NCBI GenBank assembly: GCA_036478895.1
Contig: JAZGEV010000011.1
Location: 25,836 to 89,835 of the forward strand
Direction of reading: 5' to 3'
Length of the DNA stretch: 64,000 nucleotides
DNA from: Flavobacteriaceae bacterium
Lineage (GTDB): Bacteria > Bacteroidota > Bacteroidia > Flavobacteriales > Flavobacteriaceae
Shown one piece after another: positions 19,401 to 28,740 of the stretch. The position numbers and the translations under genes were made by a program. The notes under the pieces are model-generated. The model was not told the origin of the DNA. It did not search any database and saw only the letters and a program-made list of their open reading frames with translations. Position 1 is the first letter of the stretch, and each line of letters opens with the position of its first letter.

Positions 19401-19889
19401 AAAGGAGACAAAGGGAAAAAGGGAAAAGATGGTAAAAAACCTGGAGATGGAAAAGGCGAAGGGCAAGAACAAATGAGTGGTGAACAATACGAAATATACA
19501 AACAACAAAATGCTTTAAAAGAAGCTTTTAAAGACATTATGGGTAAGGCTGGAAACAACGGAAAAGCTGGTAATAAAGCCTTAAAACAAATGGAAGATCT
19601 AGAAAAACAACTCTTAGATAAAGGCATTACGCAATCCGTTTTAAAGAAAATGGAAAACTTAAAACACGAATTGTTAAAACTTGAAAAAGCTAATTTTGAA
19701 CAAGGTGAAGACAATAAACGTAAAGCCGATACCAATAAAAATAGCTTCGAAAAACGAAATATAAAAGAACTTAAATCAAAAAAATTATTTTTTAATCCCA
19801 ATGAAATCTTAAACCGTCAACCATTGCCATTAAAAACAATCTATAAAAAGAAAGTACAAGAGTATTTTTCTACTAAAAAAGCGAGTTAA
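16482..19889 (+). CDS. Large membrane-anchored K/E-rich coiled-coil protein (DUF4175-like)
   Basis: TTG start. N-terminal TM helices, a beta-rich middle, several hundred residues of K/E coiled coil, and GK and KGxxGKK low-complexity tracts. Its stop overlaps the ybeY start. Confidence 0.6.
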   Translation: MKKFKNIESKLNAFIKKFYTNELIKGLILFFAFGLLYFILTLFIEYFLWLKPTARTLLFWTFILIEIGLLTKFILFPLVKLFGLQKGISYKDASKIIGKHFNEVDDKLLNVLQLNDAENPSDLLLASIEQKSVDLNPIPFKQAINFSKNKKYLKYLAIPLIIWMITFLTGNDYIFKDSLNRVVNYQTAYTPPAPFSFEVVTKNLKSIEGKPFTINVKTKGNTTPENVKIHFNDTQYYLKETDLAAFSHTFSNLNENTTFYLEANGIKSKDFTIEIIKTPSILNFSMFLNYPKYTQKTDEKITNTGNAIVPEGTTVTWKVNTKNTTHINLLNVTDSATFKLKSLNNYQNYSLSKRLSTNLDYIIKTSNNQLKNFENLSYGIQVIKDEYPNLIIKTDIDSIARGKAQFIGQITDDYGIKNLSLVYYDKENKSNTQQFPISVKNTTFQEFYYVFPNGLNLNKGVNYEFYFQLFDNDAINGNKSIKSKIFKYRNKTDNELDEDLLKEQKQTLEELNKTTKKSEKLNKSLEDFSKKMKNKASMDWQDKKELKQFVKRQEQYQEILQKNTEKLQQNIDELKDENNPNLKQRKEDLKKRLEEIKEMQKKEKLLDEIKKIADKIDKEKFIEKLDKLTQKNKQKEKSLERILELTKRFYVEKKAEEIKNKLLDLAKKQEELAKDKDNSAKKQKALNKEFEALKKEMAELQKENKMLKKPMDIPKKSAEEKAIDKDMKKAEEKLEESENKPNEEGEESKGDAKKKQKAAAKKMKKMSGEMEAAMAMGGGGEMMEEDIDNIRAIIDNLIIFSLKQEALMNAFEIVNSSHPEFGKKLKLQHVLKEHFEHIDDSIYALALRNPKISEKINEDITEAHYNINQSLENIAENKIRQGVSNQQTTMMAANNLADYFSDVLDNEQNPKSGKGQGKGKGKGKGKGKGKGDGFSLPDIIKKQGEMMKKGQEKGKKGDKGKKGEDGKKGENGKKGDKGKKGKDGKKPGDGKGEGQEQMSGEQYEIYKQQNALKEAFKDIMGKAGNNGKAGNKALKQMEDLEKQLLDKGITQSVLKKMENLKHELLKLEKANFEQGEDNKRKADTNKNSFEKRNIKELKSKKLFFNPNEILNRQPLPLKTIYKKKVQEYFSTKKAS
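19218..19274 (+). repeat. Hexanucleotide (GGAAAR)n tract encoding a (GK)n run
   Basis: GGAAAAGGACAAGGAAAAGGAAAGGGAAAAGGAAAAGGAAAAGGGAAAGGAAAAGGT encodes GKGQGKGKGKGKGKGKGKG. Confidence 0.9.
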
Positions 19890-20305
19890 TGATCTATTAC
19901 AACTACGAAACTGAATTTAAACTCAATGATGAAAAAGGGATATCGCAATGGATAACAAACACCATCCAAGAAGAAAACTGTACTTTAGAAGAGGTGTCGT
20001 ACATTTTTTGCGATGATGCTTATTTACTAGAAAAAAACATTAAATACCTGAATCACAATACATTAACTGATATTATTAGCTTTGATTATTCGGTTGGCAA
20101 GACGATATCTGGCGATATTTTCATTTCAATTGAACGTGTGACTGAAAATGCTAAAACCTATAATGTATCGTTTAAAGATGAACTACAGCGTGTAATTATT
20201 CATGGAATTTTACATTATTGTGGTTATAAAGATAAAAATGAAAGTGATAAAAAAGAAATGCGCAAAAAAGAAAATTATTATCTTAACATATTACTAGAAT
20301 CATAA
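19889..20305 (+). CDS. ybeY: rRNA maturation endoribonuclease YbeY
   Basis: 138 aa with the HGILHYCGYKD zinc motif (HGxLHxxGY). Confidence 0.9.
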   Translation: MIYYNYETEFKLNDEKGISQWITNTIQEENCTLEEVSYIFCDDAYLLEKNIKYLNHNTLTDIISFDYSVGKTISGDIFISIERVTENAKTYNVSFKDELQRVIIHGILHYCGYKDKNESDKKEMRKKENYYLNILLES

Positions 20306-20388
20306 GTAATTAAATAATAATTGAAATTTCATTTTAGACTAATAAAAAAGCTACTTTTGTCGTAATAAATGAAATGGATTTCAAACTA

Positions 20389-20404
20389 GGTTTCACGTGA
20401 AACA
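20389..20404. promoter_or_regulatory. parS (ParB/Spo0J binding site), 15/16 match to consensus
   Basis: GGTTTCACGTGAAACA versus TGTTNCACGTGAAACA. Lies 36 bp upstream of mnmG. Confidence 0.8.
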
Positions 20405-20439
20405 TAAATCCTTTTAACTTTTTTAAGAATTTATAAAAG

Positions 20440-22314
20440 ATGAGCATATTTCAAACAAATTACGATGTAATAGTAGTTGGTGGTGGACACGCAGGAAGTG
20501 AAGCTTCTGCAGGTGCTGCAAATATGGGCGCCAAAACCTTGCTCATCACAAAAAGTCTACAAAATATTGCTCAAATGAGTTGCAATCCAGCAATGGGAGG
20601 CATTGCAAAAGGGCAAATTGTGCGTGAAATAGATGCGCTTGGTGGTTATAGTGGCATCATTACCGACAAAACTGCCATACAATTTAAAATGCTAAATAAA
20701 TCCAAAGGTCCTGCAATGTGGTCTCCTAGAGCACAAAGTGATCGAATGCGTTTTGCAGAAGCTTGGCGTTGGCAATTGGAAAACACAGAAAATTTAGATT
20801 TATACGAAGATAGTGTTAATGGATTACTTTTTGAAAATGAAAAAATTATTGGTATTAAAACTGTTTTAGGTTTAGAAATAAAAGCAAAAACTGTCATTAT
20901 TACTGCAGGAACTTTTCTTAATGGACTCATACATATTGGTGATAAAACTTTTGGTGGTGGACGAGCTGGTGAAAGTGCAACTACAGGAATTACTGAAGAT
21001 TTAGTAAAAAAAGGGTTTGAATCTGGCAGAATGAAAACAGGAACACCACCACGAGTGGATGCAAGATCATTGGATTTTTCAAAAATGATTGAACAACCTG
21101 GAGATGAAAATCCACTAAAATTTTCTTATTTACAATCCATAAAACCTTTAACAAAACAACGTTCTTGTTATATGACGTATACTAGTAAAGAAGTACACGA
21201 TTTATTACGCGAAGGTTTTGATCGTTCTCCCATGTTTAATGGTAGAATACAAAGTATTGGTCCACGTTATTGTCCAAGTATAGAAGATAAAATAGATAGA
21301 TTTGCAAGTAAAGAACGTCATCAAATGTTTATTGAACCAGAAGGTTGGTTTACAAACGAAATATATGTTAATGGTTTTTCTACATCGCTACCAGAAGATG
21401 TGCAAGCAAAAGCATTGCGGCAAGTTGCTGGATTTGAAAATGTAAAATTCTTTAGATTTGGCTATGCTATTGAATATGATTACTTTCCTCCAACACAATT
21501 AAAGTATACCTTAGAAACAAAACTTATAGAAAATTTATACTTTGCTGGACAAATAAACGGCACAACAGGTTACGAAGAAGCAGCCGCACAAGGCTTAATG
21601 GCCGGAATAAATGCTGCTTTAAAAACACAAGAACGTGAGCCATTTATTTTAAATAGAGACGAAGCTTACATAGGTGTTTTGATTGATGATCTTATCACAA
21701 AAGGAACAGAAGAGCCGTACAGGATGTTTACTTCTAGGGCGGAATTTAGAACCTTATTAAGACAAGATAATGCAGATATAAGACTTACTGCAAAATCAAA
21801 TAAAATAGGTTTGGCTTCAGATTTACGACTACAAAGAGTAGAAGAGAAGGTTTCTAAAACAAATCAATTTTTGAAATTTCTAAAACAAACAAGTATTAAA
21901 CCCAACGAGATAAATCCTATTTTAGAATCAAAAAAATCAGCTTTGGTTAATCAATCTATGAAGATGTATAAATTAGCATCAAGGCCTCAACTAGATTTTA
22001 CCGATGTGGCAAAATTTAAAAAAGTTGACGAATTTATAAAGGAACAAAACATAGATATAGAAATTATAGAACAAACCGAAGTGCAAGTAAAATATGCTGG
22101 CTATATTGAAAAAGATATTGCCAATGCAAAAAAATTACAACGTTTAGAAAATGTAAAAATTCCAAGAGATTTTAATTACAAAGACATAAACATTTCAACG
22201 GAAGCTAAACAAAAACTAACAAAAATACAACCAGAAACAATATCTCAAGCAAGTCGCATTTCAGGTGTTTCTCCAAGTGATATTTCTGTAATGCTTGTTT
22301 ATTTGGGAGTTTAA
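20440..22314 (+). CDS. mnmG: tRNA uridine 5-carboxymethylaminomethyl modification enzyme MnmG (GidA)
   Basis: YDVIVVGGGHAGSEAS FAD motif, MSCNPAMGGIAKG and GPRYCPSIEDK. 624 aa. Confidence 0.97.
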   Translation: MSIFQTNYDVIVVGGGHAGSEASAGAANMGAKTLLITKSLQNIAQMSCNPAMGGIAKGQIVREIDALGGYSGIITDKTAIQFKMLNKSKGPAMWSPRAQSDRMRFAEAWRWQLENTENLDLYEDSVNGLLFENEKIIGIKTVLGLEIKAKTVIITAGTFLNGLIHIGDKTFGGGRAGESATTGITEDLVKKGFESGRMKTGTPPRVDARSLDFSKMIEQPGDENPLKFSYLQSIKPLTKQRSCYMTYTSKEVHDLLREGFDRSPMFNGRIQSIGPRYCPSIEDKIDRFASKERHQMFIEPEGWFTNEIYVNGFSTSLPEDVQAKALRQVAGFENVKFFRFGYAIEYDYFPPTQLKYTLETKLIENLYFAGQINGTTGYEEAAAQGLMAGINAALKTQEREPFILNRDEAYIGVLIDDLITKGTEEPYRMFTSRAEFRTLLRQDNADIRLTAKSNKIGLASDLRLQRVEEKVSKTNQFLKFLKQTSIKPNEINPILESKKSALVNQSMKMYKLASRPQLDFTDVAKFKKVDEFIKEQNIDIEIIEQTEVQVKYAGYIEKDIANAKKLQRLENVKIPRDFNYKDINISTEAKQKLTKIQPETISQASRISGVSPSDISVMLVYLGV

Positions 22315-22320
22315 AGTAAA

Positions 22321-22336
22321 TGTTCCACGTGAAACA
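22321..22336. promoter_or_regulatory. parS site, exact match to the consensus TGTTNCACGTGAAACA
   Basis: TGTTCCACGTGAAACA, 7 bp after the mnmG stop. Confidence 0.85.
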
Positions 22337-22392
22337 TATTTTTTACATTACTACCTCAACAAGCTAAACTAACAACATAATTGAAAATAATA

Positions 22393-23286
22393 ATGAAAAA
22401 CGAACTACCTATTTTAGAATGTATTGACCATACTGTTTCACGTGAAACATTTAAACTAATACATGAAGTAGAAACAGATATGTTGGTTACCAATCCTCAA
22501 CCAAAGATTGAAGAATTAGAAAAATATTATGAAAGTAATGATTATATTTCTCACACAGATTCTGATAAAACATTACTTGATAGAGTCTATCAAAGTGCAA
22601 AAAAATATACTGTAAAAAGAAAAATAAAATTACTTAAAAAAATTATTAAAAATAAAAAAGAATTACAAATTTTAGATATTGGTGCTGGAACTGGAGATTT
22701 TTTAAATGCGTGTAAAAATGAAAATTGGAAAGTTGTAGGCGTAGAGCCAAATAAAAAAGCACGTGTTTTAGCAAAATCAAAACTGGGTATTTTAAAACCA
22801 AACACTTTAACTTATAATGATTTTGATCCTAAAATTTATGATTCCTTAAATGACATTGAAACTAATACAAAATTTGATATTATAACATTATGGCATGTAT
22901 TAGAGCACGTTCCAGATCTTGAAAACTATATTAAAAAATTACAAAATCTATTAATGGAACATGGTACTTTAATTATTGCTGTGCCAAATTATAAAAGTTA
23001 CGATGCAAAACATTATGGTAAATTTTGGGCTGCTTATGATGTGCCAAGACATCTTTGGCATTTTTCAAAAAAAACAATTACGTATTTATTTAATAAAGAA
23101 AACATGGTTGTCACTAAAACACTTCCAATGAAACTAGATTCTTATTATGTGAGTCTGCTTTCAGAAAAATATAAAACGGGGAAAAGCAACCCAGTTAAAG
23201 CTTTTTTTATAGGATTACTATCAAATTTAAAAGCCATCCGTACAAAAGAGTATTCTTCACTAATATATTTAATTAAAAACAAGTAA
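22393..23286 (+). CDS. Class I SAM-dependent methyltransferase
   Basis: ILDIGAGTGDFLNAC motif I and ITLWHVLEHVPD. ATG at 22393 preferred over the TTG at 22381. Confidence 0.8.
   Translation: MKNELPILECIDHTVSRETFKLIHEVETDMLVTNPQPKIEELEKYYESNDYISHTDSDKTLLDRVYQSAKKYTVKRKIKLLKKIIKNKKELQILDIGAGTGDFLNACKNENWKVVGVEPNKKARVLAKSKLGILKPNTLTYNDFDPKIYDSLNDIETNTKFDIITLWHVLEHVPDLENYIKKLQNLLMEHGTLIIAVPNYKSYDAKHYGKFWAAYDVPRHLWHFSKKTITYLFNKENMVVTKTLPMKLDSYYVSLLSEKYKTGKSNPVKAFFIGLLSNLKAIRTKEYSSLIYLIKNK
22434..22449. promoter_or_regulatory. parS site, perfect 16-bp palindrome, inside the methyltransferase CDS
   Basis: TGTTTCACGTGAAACA encodes ..TVSRETF.. Confidence 0.85.
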
Positions 23287-23403
23287 AATCAATTAATAAC
23301 GCACTTTTAAACATTATCTCATAAGTTTAATAGAAGATAAGGTGTTTATTTTAAAAGTGCTTACAAGAGCATTTATGAGGCTTGTTTTAAATAGATAATA
23401 CTT

Positions 23404-23436
23404 ATGTGTTTTATTATTACTATAAATAAAACACAT
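23404..23436. terminator. 12-bp stem hairpin downstream of the methyltransferase gene (possible terminator)
   Basis: ATGTGTTTTATT-attactata-AATAAAACACAT. No clean T-run follows. Confidence 0.35.
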
Positions 23437-23523
23437 ATTAATAATCGAAGAAATAATTTAGAAATAAATACTTATAATTTTTAAAATTAGTTCGAGTATC
23501 TTTGTAACATAATTTAGTGTAAA

Positions 23524-24249
23524 ATGGAAAAAACAAGAATTAATAAATTTTTAAGTGAAGCTGGTTATTGTTCTCGAAGAGCAGCAGATAAATTAATTGA
23601 AGCACGACGTGTTACCATAAATGGTAAAGTTCCAGAAATGGGAACAAAAGTAACTGCTAATGATGAGGTACATGTTGATGGAAAACTTATTACAAAAAAT
23701 AATGATGAACTTGTATATATTGCATTTAACAAACCTGTAGGAATTGTTTGTACTACAGACACGCGAGTGGAAGAAGATAATATAATAGATTATATAAATT
23801 ATCACAAACGTATTTTTCCTATTGGGCGATTAGATAAACCAAGTGAAGGTTTAATTTTTTTAACTAACGATGGTGATATTGTAAATAAAATCTTACGAGC
23901 ACGTAACAATCACGAAAAAGAATATTTGGTCACCGTTAATAAAAGTATATCTACTGAGTTTATAAAAAAAATGAGTGCTGGTGTGGAAATTTTGGATACA
24001 ATAACACGCAATTGTTATGTAGAGCAAGTCAATCAAAAAACATTTAAAATTATACTTACACAAGGTTTAAACCGTCAAATACGCCGTATGTGTGAAGCTT
24101 TAGATTATAGGGTTAGAACTTTACAAAGAACTCGTATTATGAATATTTCGCTCGATGTGCCTGTTGGAGAATGGCGTGATATTACCAAAGAAGAGTTGAT
24201 AGAAATTAATAAAATGGTTGAAAATTCTGCTAAAACTTATGATAAATAA
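23524..24249 (+). CDS. rluF: 23S rRNA pseudouridine synthase, RluF-like (RsuA/RluB/E/F family)
   Basis: N-terminal S4 domain ([21 protein letters not shown]) and the catalytic [18 protein letters not shown] motif. Confidence 0.75.
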   Translation: MEKTRINKFLSEAGYCSRRAADKLIEARRVTINGKVPEMGTKVTANDEVHVDGKLITKNNDELVYIAFNKPVGIVCTTDTRVEEDNIIDYINYHKRIFPIGRLDKPSEGLIFLTNDGDIVNKILRARNNHEKEYLVTVNKSISTEFIKKMSAGVEILDTITRNCYVEQVNQKTFKIILTQGLNRQIRRMCEALDYRVRTLQRTRIMNISLDVPVGEWRDITKEELIEINKMVENSAKTYDK

Positions 24250-24893
24250 GCTTCTTTTTTTAAATCGTTAGAGTCTTCAATTTTAATAATCTCACTATTT
24301 TTTATCAGAATATTTCGAGTTGATATTTGCAACACATCTTCATAATAATGATCTGTTATTATAATTCCTTTTGTTTTGCTGCTTTTTAGTATTAGTGCTT
24401 TTATACGTTCTTTTTGTAAAGGATCTATCATAGAAAAAGGCTCATCTAGCAATAAAAACGGATGTGGTAAATAACAAATAATGAATACTTCAAGATATTT
24501 TAATTCGCCTAAGGATAATTCAACTATTTTTTTATTTAGTAAGGTTGAAATAAGCGTATCATTTCTTACTATTTCAAGTTGTTTGATAGCATCGGAAAAG
24601 AATAAATCAATAATTTGAAAAACTTTTAATTTTTTAGAAAAAAAGTTATGCTGTGGCAAATAGGCTATTTTTAAGGATTCAATAGAATTTAAAATAGGAA
24701 TAGCGTTTACAAATAGTTTAGAATTGGAAGATTTTACTAAACCAAATACAATCTTTAAAAAAGTGGATTTACCTGAACCATTGTTACCAAACATGCCAAT
24801 GATATCACCTGTTTTGCAAGATAAATTAACAGCGTATAATATTCTTTTTTTACCATAAGATTTAGAGACGTTATGTAATTCTAGGACATTCAA
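24237..24893 (-). CDS. ABC transporter ATP-binding protein, divergent (LptB-like motifs)
   Basis: Walker [10 protein letters not shown], degenerate signature [10 protein letters not shown], Walker [13 protein letters not shown] and H-loop IIITDH. TTG start directly after the upstream stop. Confidence 0.7.
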   Translation of the reverse strand: MNVLELHNVSKSYGKKRILYAVNLSCKTGDIIGMFGNNGSGKSTFLKIVFGLVKSSNSKLFVNAIPILNSIESLKIAYLPQHNFFSKKLKVFQIIDLFFSDAIKQLEIVRNDTLISTLLNKKIVELSLGELKYLEVFIICYLPHPFLLLDEPFSMIDPLQKERIKALILKSSKTKGIIITDHYYEDVLQISTRNILIKNSEIIKIEDSNDLKKEAYLS

Positions 24894-25217
24894 TTAAAAA
24901 ATGAGAAAAAGTAAAATGAATGGTAAAATAAGTATGCTATTAAAAAAGTATGCCGCTTTAAATAAATTAAATTTAGTAATTCCCAAATTGTAATACATAT
25001 AGTATTCTTCATTTTTAAAATACTTATAAAAAAACAAAGAAAAAATAAAACCAATTGTAGGATAAATAAAAAACCAGTTATTAAATCCTAAAAATAAACA
25101 TACAACACTAGTTATCATAATGTTATAAATAAATATTTCGTAACAATATTTTTTAAGTGCGTTAAAATTCATATTCAAAAATAAGATAATTGAAAATGCT
25201 TTTAAAAAAATTAGCAC
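24894..25217 (-). CDS. Small polytopic membrane protein coupled to the ABC ATPase
   Basis: 107 aa with a GTG start and three or four hydrophobic segments. Its stop abuts the ATPase start. Confidence 0.45.
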   Translation of the reverse strand: MLIFLKAFSIILFLNMNFNALKKYCYEIFIYNIMITSVVCLFLGFNNWFFIYPTIGFIFSLFFYKYFKNEEYYMYYNLGITKFNLFKAAYFFNSILILPFILLFLIF

Positions 25218-25285
25218 AATTTAACATACTTATAGAATCTGTTTAATAATAAGATGTAAAAATCGAGTATTTTTGTAAAAAAAAG

Positions 25286-25795
25286 ATGACTACAAAAACA
25301 TCCAAAGAATCGCTTACAATATTAACCGATATGGTTTTACCAGGTGAAACAAATGCCTTAAATAACCTTTTTGGAGGTGAAATTTTAGCACGTATGGATC
25401 GCGCATCTAGCATATCGGCTCAACGACATTCTAGAAGAATTGTGGTTACTGCATCGGTAAATCATGTGGCTTTTACAAAGGCAGTTCCTGTTGGTTCTGT
25501 GGTTACAATAGAATCAAAAGTGTCACGTGCTTTCAACAGTTCTATGGAGATTTTTGTTGATGTTTGGATTGAAGATAGAGAATCTCAAGAACGGACAAAA
25601 GTAAACGAAGGAATTTATACGTTTGTAGCTGTAGATCGTACTGGATCTCCCGTAAAAGTGCCACAAATAAAACCAGAAACAGCCTTAGAAAAAGAGCGTT
25701 ATGAAGGTGCTTTACGAAGAAAACAATTGAGTTTATTACTATCAGGTAAAATAAAACCTAGTGAAGCTACAGAGCTGAAAGCCTTATTTGAATAA
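25286..25795 (+). CDS. Acyl-CoA thioesterase (hotdog fold, YciA-like)
   Basis: VLPGETNALNNLFGGEILARMD...VVTASV...VGSVVTIESKV is typical of the family. Confidence 0.8.
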   Translation: MTTKTSKESLTILTDMVLPGETNALNNLFGGEILARMDRASSISAQRHSRRIVVTASVNHVAFTKAVPVGSVVTIESKVSRAFNSSMEIFVDVWIEDRESQERTKVNEGIYTFVAVDRTGSPVKVPQIKPETALEKERYEGALRRKQLSLLLSGKIKPSEATELKALFE

Positions 25796-25800
25796 GAAAG

Positions 25801-25845
25801 AATCTGAAACCTCTGAAACGAGTTCAGGGCAGGCAAGTTCAGATT
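25801..25845. repeat. Nested hairpin repeat (CTGAAAC..GTTCAG family)
   Basis: Outer arms AATCTGAA/TTCAGATT, inner arms CTGAA/TTCAG. Related unit at 59508-59531. Confidence 0.6.
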
Positions 25846-26057
25846 AACGTGTAAATACATTAACTAAAATGTGGAAATAGAACCTTGAACAACATCAAGA
25901 TTGATGAACTAAATAAGGTATTAGAATCTTTAATAAAAAATGAAATTAATTATTAAGATTATAAGCAGAAATTTGTTAATACTTTTCTATTTTTGATTCT
26001 ATTAGCTTTCAAAATGATGTTACAAAATGATATATTTGTAATTCATAAAACTATACA

Positions 26058-28664
26058 ATGGCCAAACCAAAAAGAGTAACGCCTTTAATGAAACAATACA
26101 ACGCAATTAAGGTGAAATATCCCGATGCGATGTTACTTTTTAGAGTAGGCGATTTCTACGAAACCTTTGGTGAAGATGCAAAAAAAGCAGCCAAAATATT
26201 AAACATTACCTTAACAAAACGTGGCGCAGGATCGGATAGTGAAACGGCTTTGGCTGGGTTTCCACATCACTCTATAAACACGTATTTACCTAAATTGGTG
26301 AAAGCTGGTTTGCGTGTGGCTATTTGCGATCAACTGGAAGATCCAAAACAAACCAAAACCATTGTAAAACGTGGCGTAACCGAATTAGTCACTCCTGGAG
26401 TTGCATTAAATGCCGATATTTTACAAGCCAAGAGTAATAATTTTTTAGCCGCAATTCATTTTTCAAAAAAGCAACAAATTGGTGTTTCGTTTTTAGATAT
26501 TTCTACAGGTGAATTCTTAACATCGCAAGGCAATGCAGAATATATAGACAAGTTATTGCAAAATTTTAAACCTAGCGAAATATTAGTACAAAAACAGTTT
26601 AAAAAACGCTTTTCGGATTCGTTTGGAGATCGGTTTCAAACCTTCTATTTGGACGATTGGGTTTTTCAAACCGATTATGCTAATGAGACTTTAAACGATC
26701 ATTTTAACATAAAATCACTGAAAGGTTTTGGAATTGATGATCTGGATTATGGTGTTATATCGGCTGGCGTAATTTTGTATTATTTGTCCGAAACCCAACA
26801 TCACAAATTAGCTCACATTACTGCTATTAAACGTATAGTTGCCGATGATTTTATTTGGATGGACCGCTTTACAATTCGTAATTTAGAACTGTATTATTCA
26901 ACAGCCGATGAAGCCGTAACTTTACTTGATGTGATTGATAATACCATTTCACCAATGGGCGGACGTTTATTAAAACGTTGGCTGGCTTTGCCTTTAAAAA
27001 ACATAAAAGCCATTCAAAATCGTCATGAAGTGGTGAAATATTTAATTGATGAAACTGCTTTTTATAAAACGGCAAGCTATCAAATAAATCAGATAAGTGA
27101 TATTGAGCGTCTTATTTCTAAAGTAGCAACGGGAAAAATAAATCCACGTGACGTAGTACTTTTAAAAGATTCGCTTAAAGCCATTTTACCCATTAAAGAA
27201 GCTGCAATGTTAAGTAAAAATAAAGCCTTAGCAGATTTGGGTAAACAATTACATACCTGTAGTGATTTAATTGCAGAAATTTCGCGTGTTTTAAATGCCA
27301 ATTCTCCTGTACATATTTCAAAAGGCAATGCTATTGCAAGTGGTGTCAATAAAGAACTCGATGAGTTGCGAGGCATCTCTAATTCTGGCAAAGACTATTT
27401 GGATAAAATGCTGCAACGCGAAACCGAACGTACCGGAATTACATCACTAAAAATTGCATCTAATAACGTTTTTGGATACTATATAGAAGTTAGAAATCGT
27501 TTTAAGGATCAAGTGCCCGAAGAATGGATTAGAAAGCAAACCTTAGTATCTGCCGAACGTTATATTACTGAAGAATTAAAAGAATACGAAGCCAAAATTT
27601 TAGGTGCCGAAGAGAAAATTAGTGCCTTAGAATTTGACTTATTTCAAGACTTATTACACTTTTTAATTAAGTATTTATTACCTGTTCAAAAAAATGCACA
27701 GCTCATAGCTAAGTTAGATTGCTTGTGTTCCTTTGCAAAAACTGCCGTCGATAATAATTACACACGACCAATTATGGATGAATCTACCGATTTGGAAATT
27801 AAAAATGGAAGGCATCCTGTTATCGAAAAACAATTACCAATTGGTGAAGAATATATTGCAAACGATGTGGTTTTAAACCGAAATCAACAGCAAATAATAA
27901 TGATTACTGGTCCAAATATGAGTGGTAAGTCAGCTATTTTAAGACAAACAGCTTTAATTGTTTTATTGGCGCAAATGGGTTCTTATGTGCCTGCTCAAAA
28001 TGCAAGAATTGGTGTAGTTGATAAAATTTTTACACGAGTTGGCGCTAGTGATAATATTTCTATGGGCGAATCTACTTTTATGGTAGAAATGAATGAAACG
28101 GCAAGTATTTTGAATAATTTATCAGATAGAAGTTTAATTTTACTAGATGAAATTGGAAGAGGAACAAGTACTTATGATGGGATTTCTATTGCTTGGGCAA
28201 TCGCCGAATATCTACACGAACATCCAACAAAAGCCAAAACATTATTCGCCACGCATTATCATGAATTAAACGATATGACCGAAACGTTTAAACGCATTAA
28301 AAACTTTAATGTATCGGTAAAAGAATTGAAAGATAATGTGATTTTCTTACGTAAATTAGTGCCTGGTGGAAGCGAGCATAGTTTTGGTATTCACGTAGCA
28401 AAATTGGCTGGAATGCCAACTTTAGTCATTCATAAAGCAAATAAAATATTAAAGCGTTTAGAAAAAAGTCATTCTTCTGATGAGATAAAAGAAAAATTAA
28501 AAACAGCTGCAACGGAAGATGTTCAGCTTAGTTTTTTTAAATTGGATGATCCGCTATTGGAAAATATAAAGGAGGAATTAATAGCAATAGATGTAAATAC
28601 CTTAACGCCTATTGAAGCTTTAATGAAATTAAACGAAATTAAACGTATGCTTGGTGAAAAATGA
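26058..28664 (+). CDS. mutS: DNA mismatch repair protein MutS
   Basis: TPLMKQY...FRVGDFYE N-terminus, Walker A GPNMSGKS, DEIGRGTSTYDG and THYHEL. Confidence 0.97.
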   Translation: MAKPKRVTPLMKQYNAIKVKYPDAMLLFRVGDFYETFGEDAKKAAKILNITLTKRGAGSDSETALAGFPHHSINTYLPKLVKAGLRVAICDQLEDPKQTKTIVKRGVTELVTPGVALNADILQAKSNNFLAAIHFSKKQQIGVSFLDISTGEFLTSQGNAEYIDKLLQNFKPSEILVQKQFKKRFSDSFGDRFQTFYLDDWVFQTDYANETLNDHFNIKSLKGFGIDDLDYGVISAGVILYYLSETQHHKLAHITAIKRIVADDFIWMDRFTIRNLELYYSTADEAVTLLDVIDNTISPMGGRLLKRWLALPLKNIKAIQNRHEVVKYLIDETAFYKTASYQINQISDIERLISKVATGKINPRDVVLLKDSLKAILPIKEAAMLSKNKALADLGKQLHTCSDLIAEISRVLNANSPVHISKGNAIASGVNKELDELRGISNSGKDYLDKMLQRETERTGITSLKIASNNVFGYYIEVRNRFKDQVPEEWIRKQTLVSAERYITEELKEYEAKILGAEEKISALEFDLFQDLLHFLIKYLLPVQKNAQLIAKLDCLCSFAKTAVDNNYTRPIMDESTDLEIKNGRHPVIEKQLPIGEEYIANDVVLNRNQQQIIMITGPNMSGKSAILRQTALIVLLAQMGSYVPAQNARIGVVDKIFTRVGASDNISMGESTFMVEMNETASILNNLSDRSLILLDEIGRGTSTYDGISIAWAIAEYLHEHPTKAKTLFATHYHELNDMTETFKRIKNFNVSVKELKDNVIFLRKLVPGGSEHSFGIHVAKLAGMPTLVIHKANKILKRLEKSHSSDEIKEKLKTAATEDVQLSFFKLDDPLLENIKEELIAIDVNTLTPIEALMKLNEIKRMLGEK

Positions 28665-28740
28665 TGGTTGTAAGACACTAGATCGCTTTGCTGAAGTAGA
28701 AATCAAGACAAAATTAAAGTCTCTTAGTTTTAATAAAAAA

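Noticed and set aside
18581-19801. Minus-strand ORFs of 98, 208 and 73 aa, rich in F, S, P and L.
   Set aside because: They are antisense translations of the K/E/G-rich low-complexity region of the 1135-aa protein. This is a typical shadow-ORF artefact.
22750-27160. Other CACGTG cores as additional parS sites (for example GCACGTGTTT near 22757, GTCACGTGCT near 25535, TCCACGTGAC near 27143, and also near 48145).
   Set aside because: Their flanks match the parS consensus at only about 9-10 of 16 positions, so they are not called.
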